Positions 21,902-29,859 of a stretch of DNA of 34,000 nucleotides are shown here, in pieces; the stretch's first letter is position 1; every line of letters begins with the position of its first letter. The notes under the pieces were generated by a model, which saw only the letters and a list, made by a program, of their open reading frames with translations, did not search any database and had not been told where the DNA came from. Position numbers and translations under genes: made by a program. The DNA is from Flectonema sp. DT1601. Lineage: Eukaryota. The DNA is taken from NCBI GenBank assembly GCA_964019425.1, contig OZ025794.1:1426001-1460000 (forward strand), read 5' to 3'.

Positions 21902-22861
21902 ATGACCACGACAACCACTACCATAAAAACAACAACTTCTGTAAATACACGAAAGAAATCAGCATCTGAACGAGGGAAGGACCGAAGGGAACTTGCATTT
22001 GAGAGAGCTGGTGACAAAGAGCAATTCTTAAAGGGGGTCGACAGGTTTGTAGCGTGTCACGGAGGTGACACAGTTAAGACTTGGATAGGTGGATGTATTC
22101 AAGGGATCGATAGAAACTTTCAAAGCAGAAGCCGAGAGCGACAACAACCTGATCAAGAAACTGAATTCGATCGCTGGATGAGAGAACACAACAGTTTGTG
22201 TCAACCCTTTCACGCACCTGCTCCCATGGACTGCGAATCTCCAGCACTCCGAAAGGTAAAATATGTCATCGAAGGATCGCATTCGATGACTCCAACTAGT
22301 GCGATAGCAACCCAAACAGACACCGAGTACATACGTCACCCGACGGATGTTGTGGTCACTCCATTCGAACGAAATCAAAAACACTACGGGACAGCAGAAG
22401 AACTACGGCACACATTAACAACGCATGAGTACGATCGGTCGTTGTTGTCCCCGTGGAGTGCATCGAAGGCCAGAGGTAGAGAGAAATGGTCTGGTAGGGA
22501 TACCGTCGGATGGAGATTGGGAAAGAAGGGAAGCGTTCATCACCCAGCGTCTTGCGGAACCTCTCCTGTCAGAGTCCGAACTCTGTCTCCGCCAAAGATG
22601 TTTCGCTACTCTGATCTTCAGCCAACTACACCCTCTGCTCCTCCTCCAACTCCAGTCCTTTTAACACCTCAGAGATCTGTTGCCCGTTCTGTGCGCTCTG
22701 CGAGATCCTCGCCTTCGACTTCAAACTTCTACTCCTCCCCTCATCGTACTCCAGGTTCTGTATCTCGATGTAGTTGCTCTCCCAAAACTAAGACCGCGGT
22801 GAGAAAAAAACTCAATTACGTATGGATGCCCGCTGGCAAATCTCCAAGCAAGAGGCGTTAA
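21902..22861 (+). CDS. Hypothetical low-complexity (S/P/R-rich) protein
   Basis: 319-aa ORF after acceptor TTTTGCAG; ends WMPAGKSPSKRR; no recognisable domain. Confidence 0.65.
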   Translation: MTTTTTTIKTTTSVNTRKKSASERGKDRRELAFERAGDKEQFLKGVDRFVACHGGDTVKTWIGGCIQGIDRNFQSRSRERQQPDQETEFDRWMREHNSLCQPFHAPAPMDCESPALRKVKYVIEGSHSMTPTSAIATQTDTEYIRHPTDVVVTPFERNQKHYGTAEELRHTLTTHEYDRSLLSPWSASKARGREKWSGRDTVGWRLGKKGSVHHPASCGTSPVRVRTLSPPKMFRYSDLQPTTPSAPPPTPVLLTPQRSVARSVRSARSSPSTSNFYSSPHRTPGSVSRCSCSPKTKTAVRKKLNYVWMPAGKSPSKRR

Positions 22862-23184
22862 CACTTCTCGTGTTTCGTGGAGGTTTATTTTTACTTGTTT
22901 CCTGATCAGTCGTACTGAAAGGGAGCTATCTTTTCCTTGTTGCGACAGTCTTCATTGTAACTTTATTAAGAGACTGAAGCTAATAATTCTGTAAGGCAGT
23001 CGTTTTACTTTGTTGAAATAAAGTCATCCTTTTGTTTCCAATCATTTTCAGGCGCAGCTACAGAATGCAATAAAAAATAGATTGGAGGGATTTATTAACA
23101 AAAAGGAAAAGACTGTAAAAGTTAACAAATGTTTCTAACTTACATTCCTTCTTCAGATTTCCTAGCCTTCTCGTACTTTAAAAG

Positions 23185-24318
23185 ATGAAGTTCCAGGTTC
23201 TGGCTTTCGCCCTTTTTGCAACCTCCGTGATGGGCAGGGACTGCGGTAATCACGGTACTTTTGAAGAGAACTGTTGTGTGTGTGATGCCGGATACGCAGG
23301 AAACACGTGTACTGAGTGTGCTTCAGGTTATTCTTTAGTGGACGGTTTATGTGGCAACGGTAGAGATGGGACTTCGTGTACTGACGACGGCAGCTATCCG
23401 TTCATCGGATGCGGTGGTGCTGGTGAATGCAGCAACAGCCAGGCTGGAAAAGTATTCCCATGTACTTGCACAGATCTAAAGGGCAATGAAGTCTCATGCG
23501 CTACCAAACTTATTGAAAAGAATAGCTGTGCCCCGAGAGGAGCAAGAATGTACACCTCATTCCCGAATTCCCCTCGTATTGGATTACCTTTTAGTTTGAC
23601 TGTTGTTACTTGTGACGTAGTCTCTCCGAGTTTGATGATGGTACCTGCCTACAAAGAAGATGGGCTCACTGAAAACTTCTGCAACAGAACTGGAGAGTTT
23701 GGTGGCTTTAGCAACGAGTGTGTAATCTCTCACGACTCAGATGTGAACTCGACCTCCATTAACACTGCTTGCACTGAGGGAATTGTCCTCACTAATCTCA
23801 ACGCTGAACTCAACACTAAAGGCATGGCCGAGTACACGTTCGCTGGTCTCAACGTATCGAACAGCAACTTCTACATCAACAACGAGGAGAATGCTGCCAA
23901 CAGAAATAAATTTAAAATCTGCATGTCGACTTCAGTTCCTGTCGTAAGTGGAAGTAAGACCATGGAGACAGTTTGGGTTCCTGTTGATGGTCACAATGAA
24001 CTGGTAAGCACCAGAGATGAGCAATTCTCTGTTGTGTCTGATGAAGATGCCACCAACAACAGAGCTGCGACTGGTTTGGATGATGCCGAAGGAGGTGATT
24101 GCTGTGATGGTCTGAAGATCGGATTCTGTCTTCCACTCTGGGCATTCTTGTTGTTGTGGCTGTTGATGGCTCTTTGCCTCGGATTCCTCGGATTTGCTCT
24201 TCACAAGAACAAGAATGAGATTGAGGCGAAAAAGAATAACGAAAAGTACGAAAAGTTTAACACTGATGCCGAGATGATTGAACACGCTGCGAAAGAGGCG
24301 GACGACGATGACATATAA
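23185..24318 (+). CDS. Type I membrane protein with signal peptide and EGF-like Cys-rich ectodomain
   Basis: Signal peptide MKFQVLAFALFATSVMG; CGNHGT..CVCDAGYAGNTC EGF motif; TM segment LPLWAFLLLWLLMALCLGFLGFAL; acidic tail. Confidence 0.85.
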   Translation: MKFQVLAFALFATSVMGRDCGNHGTFEENCCVCDAGYAGNTCTECASGYSLVDGLCGNGRDGTSCTDDGSYPFIGCGGAGECSNSQAGKVFPCTCTDLKGNEVSCATKLIEKNSCAPRGARMYTSFPNSPRIGLPFSLTVVTCDVVSPSLMMVPAYKEDGLTENFCNRTGEFGGFSNECVISHDSDVNSTSINTACTEGIVLTNLNAELNTKGMAEYTFAGLNVSNSNFYINNEENAANRNKFKICMSTSVPVVSGSKTMETVWVPVDGHNELVSTRDEQFSVVSDEDATNNRAATGLDDAEGGDCCDGLKIGFCLPLWAFLLLWLLMALCLGFLGFALHKNKNEIEAKKNNEKYEKFNTDAEMIEHAAKEADDDDI

Positions 24319-25438
24319 GTAGCATTTTTGTAACTTCCTTTTTTTATTTATTTTTACTTTTATAATTAACTTTGAGAATCCTCAAATTCCCAACAAGTTA
24401 CAATTCCGCGACGATGACTAGTTGTCCACTATTACCTACTTTCGCAGGCACCAGCGCATGCACTTTGAAGAAACTTCGGTGCAGTGAATGTTTCTAACCC
24501 TTTTTTTATATTAAGCACCCGAAAACTATTGGAAACAATTTTTTACGGAGGTAGATTAGGTTTTTTTCTTTTTTCATTCTTACTTACAAACATATCATTA
24601 TGGGCCCCTGAATTGCCATATTGGGTGTCACACTACCACTGGTTCCTCCTTAGCCTCCCGAGGCTTCTCAATTTTATTTTTTGAATAAGCACACACTTCG
24701 AAATAAAAAAGTGACAGAAAACAGACTAAACAGAATCGTATTCGATTGTAAGATGTTACCTGTGATTTTTTTTAAAAAAATTCCTTTAAAGGGATACCTT
24801 CAAACAGAAACCTTGTATTCCCCCCTCACCTTAAGAAAAAGTATCAAATTTACCCCATTTTTAAAATTTTTTTTTTGAATTTTTCTTTTTAGCTAAAAAA
24901 TTCCTTACTGGAGAAAAGGGAATAAAAGGCCAAATAGAAACATGTCTTGTCAAGAATACCTTTTAGCGATATGTCAGACCTGCTTACGTATGGACTGGAC
25001 TTTCTACTTTGATGAATTCTTTCATTATAAATTAAACATTTCTTCTCATTAAAGATAGAAAGAACGGAAGATAAGGAACTTTCTGGCTTTGTGAACTCAA
25101 CGCGTTGAATGGAATGCCTTCTTTTATTTTATTTTCTGTTTACTTTCCGTGATGAAGCGAATCTCGGTTTTAAAAAAAAAAAAAGTAGTTTTTATTTCTA
25201 CAAACCTTGTTGTTCGGTAGATCATCCTTTAATAGGATTTTGTAAATGTTGCGCCAATAAAACAAATGTGTGGGTAAAGTAGAAAGGGAAGTTGACCGAT
25301 TCTTTGCCATTCCGTTCTTTGCGGAAAAATGCTTCCGTCCCCAACCCAGCGATATTCCAAATAGGCAAACATGCCATTATAAAATAATGGTGTTTTTCTG
25401 AATACATTCTCCCTCTTTCCTTATTTTCCAACGCTGCT

Positions 25439-25482
25439 TTCGTTTTCTTCACCTTAGAGGTATTCGTTTTCTTCACCTTAGA
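25439..25482 (+). repeat. Short direct repeat (20 nt x2)
   Basis: TTCGTTTTCTTCACCTTAGA at 25439 and 25463. Confidence 0.7.
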
Positions 25483-26192
25483 ATCTATGGTGCTTTTTCT
25501 TGGGTATTTTTAAGCTGAAACATTACTGAGTAGCTGTTAAAAAAATATTTAAACAGCTCACAATACACTTTGTGTTGCCTCAATTGTACACTCAGTAAAC
25601 TGCAGCGCAAAAAATTCCTGTTCTCTATGCTAACTCAAAAAGTAATGATTTCCTTTTTAGATTTTGTTCTTTTATTGTCCTGCGACAGCTTGGATCTCAA
25701 AGAAGGAGTTGCTCAAGTGTTCCCTCTGATGGTCAATGTTTGTAACAATACAAACTGTGTTGGTTTTAAAGCCCCTCCTCCCCCGGTATCAAGTTACTAT
25801 GTACTTAACCAATTAGTCTGTGTCTTTTATCAACATGTGACACAATTGGTTTAGTTGCATATAAGAAACCTGTTCGTTGTTCCAAACCTTTTCTTATAAA
25901 AACGTAAAAGAAAAAAATCCTTTGACTACACCACACAAACTTATAAACAAACAAATGGAAAAAAAGAAAAAAATAAGGAAATGGAATGAAAAGAAAATTC
26001 CTCTCTTACTCCCTCTCACGACAATTAATGGAGAAGCCTCCCAGTCAGACTTGTAACAAACTGAGGCAGTTAGAGGTTCGCAAGTTATTCTTCTTCACCA
26101 GATTAATTATTAAATGGACAACGTATTTGCATGTAAAATTTTTCATTACCACATTTAGACCCTGTAGGAGTTAATTAAAAGAAAAAAAACAG

Positions 26193-27329
26193 ATGGAGAA
26201 CAGGGATATTTACCAGGTTGTGGGTGAGATATGCAACGTGAAACCAGGATGTCTGAAACCTGGGGAATGTGAGCATTTTGCATTAGTAAGTGTTACAGAT
26301 CCTGGAGTCTCACTGAGAAAATGTTACTATTGCCACAGTGACATTGGTACTGGTGGAGTGATTTTGCTGCCAAATTGGATCCCGACCTGTAGGAAGCATG
26401 CAAGAAGAATGGTGTTGAGAGAGCAGCCATCGAAGAAATGGATAACCGTTGTTCCAAGAAACACAGCCAGTACATGCTGGTGTATAACTTGCAATCAAAG
26501 TATAAATTGGGAAGCATCTCTCTTGAGCTCCTCCATCAAATCACTACCTGTACCAACACCAATGGACTCAATTGACTCGCAAGAATTAAATGTTGTTTCT
26601 GTTTCCAATGCTGTAGCAGAGTTCAGGGCCTGGCATTCTTTCACACTACCTATTTCTGTTGTCAGTTACCTTCCATCGATAACTCCCTATTTCGGCATCT
26701 TTTGCCCTGTGACTGGATTTGACCCTGAAGGGACAGACACGCCTTGGATTATTTCTTTTTATGTAAATCTCCTAACAGCTTCAGCATCGCTGCCAAACGC
26801 AGTTCCACTCAAGGTTGGGGGAGAGTTTACCGTTGTTGATTGTGGGAAGGAAAGTGATAAGTGGGTAAACGGTTTTGTACTGACAAGTGACGAGGACGAT
26901 GCTTCTGGAGAAGTGCTGGCAGGGAAGTTAGTGGAATTAAAGGAAAAATTTCCCTGGTACAATTTAACTCCACGCCATGTTTACAATGCAATTGATGAGG
27001 AATGGCTCACAGCAATAGTGCCATCGGTGTCTGGTTCGGATACCGTGATTGATCTTCCTGCGCCAGTCTCCACTGAAAGTTGTGATTACTCTCCTTCTAT
27101 TGAAGACAACTCCGACACCATTTCACAAGTTTCATCTGAAGAAGAACAAGCGACAGAAAATATGAGAGGATGGGCAGCTTTTTTCATGAGTGCTTACAAA
27201 CTTGCAATTGGAATCTTTGCTGTTGGGAAGTTGGCAGACTCTGGAATAGATCTCACCTCCCCTGAAGCTGCTGAAGTTCTGTTAGAAAGAGAAAATCAGT
27301 ATATTAATGTAAGAGATTTAGAAGGTTAA
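26193..27329 (+). CDS. Hypothetical protein with Cys/His-rich (putative zinc-binding) N-terminus
   Basis: 378-aa ORF; CxxC-type clusters CYYC, CRKH, CITC; no recognisable family. Confidence 0.65.
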   Translation: MENRDIYQVVGEICNVKPGCLKPGECEHFALVSVTDPGVSLRKCYYCHSDIGTGGVILLPNWIPTCRKHARRMVLREQPSKKWITVVPRNTASTCWCITCNQSINWEASLLSSSIKSLPVPTPMDSIDSQELNVVSVSNAVAEFRAWHSFTLPISVVSYLPSITPYFGIFCPVTGFDPEGTDTPWIISFYVNLLTASASLPNAVPLKVGGEFTVVDCGKESDKWVNGFVLTSDEDDASGEVLAGKLVELKEKFPWYNLTPRHVYNAIDEEWLTAIVPSVSGSDTVIDLPAPVSTESCDYSPSIEDNSDTISQVSSEEEQATENMRGWAAFFMSAYKLAIGIFAVGKLADSGIDLTSPEAAEVLLERENQYINVRDLEG

Positions 27330-27511
27330 CCTTGCAAATGTACTGTTTTGTTTAATGTGATAATAATTATGTAATTGCTGAAACTTCTTTTCTCAGAAAA
27401 CATGGTGTATAAAAAGTCCAAATCCACTTGCATGGGAAGCAAGTACTATGCTGATGCCTATCATTGGAGAAAATGGGACAGGAACGACTGCAGCGAAGAT
27501 CAATAAAAAAT

Positions 27512-27593
27512 CGCGGACGGCAGGATTTGAACCTACGCGGGCTAAGCCCAATGGATTTCAAGTCCACCTCCGTAACCACTTGGATACATCCGC
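27512..27593 (-). tRNA. tRNA-Ser (anticodon UGA)
   Basis: Reverse complement GCGGATG..GTGGA-CTTGAAA-TCCAT, long variable arm GGGCTTAGCCC, T-arm GTAGGTTCAAATCCTGC, discriminator G, followed by T6 terminator. Confidence 0.95.
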
Positions 27594-28580
27594 CGATATC
27601 CGAAAAAAGTTTATTTTATTGGGACGTGTCAGGTTAACTTAAATAACCCATTTCTTTTATTTTTTGTCTTTATTTGAAATTATACTTGATTGGCCTGATC
27701 ACGGGTGCCGACATTATAGTTACAATGGTCCTTGCATTGCACTTCGCTTGGAACGCTGGTTTCGGCTGGCTTCCAGATGAAAATTTTGGTAGCAGATGCT
27801 GCGAAACCCACCTTATTCTTTTAAAAAGGTCAGACCAAAATTCGTTGTGAAGATATCGCTAATTGCCCGTTTCTGCTCCTTTTTTTCTTTTAAAAGTTGC
27901 TCCTTCTCTTACATGGTTCTAACTATTATTTCCCTCAGATTTAAAGGTCATTCATCTGTGAGTCGATGCAGGCGCCGTTTGGAATTCTTCGGCAAATGTA
28001 ATAAACATTTTTGTCTTTCAGTAGATTATTAAGCAAAGAAAACAACAATGCAAGCCGGATTTAGACTCCCCCTTTTTTTTTTTCCCCCTGCGGTGTCAGT
28101 CACAGTTGAGATGCTGCTGATTCTGTTGTGAGCGATGTGTTGACGGGAGGAAGTTGAACTATCGTTCGCTGGAGGTGCCCTTTGCGAAGGTTAGTTAGTG
28201 TTCACAACTTCTCTTAACCTTTCAAATCTTAGTGGTGTTTTCAGTATAGCAGATGATTTATTGTCTGATTGTTCACAAATCAATTTTCTTGACCTTTCAG
28301 GTCTTATTGTCAGTATAGGATATGGTTTCTTGTTCATGTAAGTTCTTTATTTAAGTGATGCTTATGCTTTCACTGACTCTTTGAGCTTGATAATCCGTAT
28401 TAGCAATGCGTGGTATTTGCATACATGACTAAATAAATAAAGCATACCGGACTGTATCAATTGGAAATCGTTAAACATTGTTTAGAAAATCGGAGTCGAA
28501 ATAAAAAAATTCATAGAGGTCTTGACCATCGCTCTAGTTATCTGCTCGACTCTTTGTTTTCCTCAATGTGCGATTTCCCA

Positions 28581-28591
28581 AGTTCGAATCC
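28581..28591 (+). promoter_or_regulatory. Pol III B-box-like element ~80 nt upstream of U3
   Basis: AGTTCGAATCC vs consensus GGTTCGANTCC, within a degenerate T-arm-like sequence (CCCAAGTTCGAATCCGGG). Confidence 0.5.
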
Positions 28592-28666
28592 GGGTGAGCA
28601 GAGAAGTGACTCTCTTTTAGGGGAGTGACTACCTCCGGAAGGAAAATGGGAGAGGTTTTAGGAATT

Positions 28667-28848
28667 AAGACTGTACTCTACACAGGATCTGTTTTTGAGT
28701 ACATTCGTGTTGGAGTTTACATAACCCAGCACAAGGCCAAAGCTGGATGATGACAAAGGCCAGAGCTGTGCCGCATGAGCATTGCGATGATTGCATATGA
28801 TGCGTCAAGTTTCACCTTGGCAAGCACAGTCTGGCCACTTACAGCTTT
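28667..28848 (+). ncRNA. U3 snoRNA
   Basis: 5' AAGACTGTACTCT (box A') and AGGATCTGTTTTTGAG (box A); box C' GATGATGA; terminal stem AAAGCTG/CAGCTTT; stems GGCCAGA/TCTGGCC and CTGTGC/GCACAG; box B/C-like motifs with two apical hairpins; oligo-T terminator. Confidence 0.85.
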
Positions 28849-28855
28849 TTTTTTT
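28846..28855 (+). terminator. Pol III oligo-T terminator of U3 (T10), also the left junction of the retroelement
   Basis: T run directly after the U3 terminal stem. Confidence 0.75.
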
Positions 28856-28963
28856 GCATTTAACAAGTATTGTAAGAACGAAAAAGAATGTTGGCAGCAC
28901 ACGTAAACCTCCTTTAGCTTTATCAGTTTAAGTCGGTTCACGGTTTCGTGCACAAACAAAAAA
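28856..28963 (+). repeat. Split direct repeat A1 (108 nt)
   Basis: Identical to 32618-32725. Confidence 0.95.
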
Positions 28964-28971
28964 CTCACAAA

Positions 28972-29859
28972 ATGTCGAAAGTAGATATCCCACAAGATTT
29001 CGACTGGTCAACTGTCGAGGTGCCTGAGATCCCGGAAGGGGCGCATCCGTCAGCGACAGACCAATGTTGTGTGTTTCCGTTATGCGGAAAAATACATACG
29101 GACGGCACGAACTGTCACCGATGCGGTGAAATGGGCGAGACGGAATGTCTCAAGTCCCGTTTAGGCAACGACGAAGTCACCCAAGCCAGGTGGTTGCCTG
29201 AGGCATCCCAGGAATGGGTGTGTCCTCCATGTGGGTTTGTGCTCCGGAATGGAGCCCCATATGCAATGCTCGTACCGGAAGGGCGACATTTTAACGCAAC
29301 GATGCCAGTTGCGGAAACAGTTAAGGAATTAACTGTAGTGGAGCGGGTGACGATGGATCCACGTAGGGTCGTCACTTGGGTGGAAAACCTAAAAACCCCG
29401 TCTGGCCTGAATTACGTGTTTGCAGGTTTGCAACAGCGTTACGGCACAGTCAACGGAAAAGCAATCCCGGAGACTGCTGTCGAGGGCGGGGGGGCAGTGT
29501 CGCACGAAATGCGGCACTTGCTGAGAATGATTGACGGCCTGCTACCGGTCTCCAACAGCTCAGGGCACGTCAGGCAGACGTTGCAAGTGGCGGTGGACCG
29601 CATGGAAGATCTGCTGTTCTCGACGAGGAACAGAAAGATGACCGGCGCCTATGAGGGGTACCTCAAGACGTACGGATACGGGGAGTATACGGAGCGACTA
29701 ATTGGCCTCGCGATGAAGGAGACGATGAGAACCGCGCTCCCGGGACAAACCCACGAGGGTGACCAAATGAGCGGTGGCGACCGTAAACGTCATTTTTCCG
29801 GGAAGGGAGCTGGAGGAAATTTTTCCGGGAAGGGAGCTGGAGGAAAGAGGAAGTATTGA
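28972..29859 (+). CDS. Retroelement ORF1 (gag-like) with N-terminal PHD-like Cys finger and C-terminal FSGKGAGG repeats
   Basis: First ATG after repeat A1; CCVFPLC..CHRC..TEC..WVCPPC; position upstream of YR and RT. Confidence 0.75.
   Translation: MSKVDIPQDFDWSTVEVPEIPEGAHPSATDQCCVFPLCGKIHTDGTNCHRCGEMGETECLKSRLGNDEVTQARWLPEASQEWVCPPCGFVLRNGAPYAMLVPEGRHFNATMPVAETVKELTVVERVTMDPRRVVTWVENLKTPSGLNYVFAGLQQRYGTVNGKAIPETAVEGGGAVSHEMRHLLRMIDGLLPVSNSSGHVRQTLQVAVDRMEDLLFSTRNRKMTGAYEGYLKTYGYGEYTERLIGLAMKETMRTALPGQTHEGDQMSGGDRKRHFSGKGAGGNFSGKGAGGKRKY
29792..29845 (+). repeat. 27-nt perfect tandem repeat at end of ORF1
   Basis: ATTTTTCCGGGAAGGGAGCTGGAGGAA x2. Confidence 0.9.

Noticed and set aside
28520..28602. 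Possible full tRNA upstream of U3
   Set aside because: No D-arm or anticodon arm; only a B-box-like remnant, reported as regulatory
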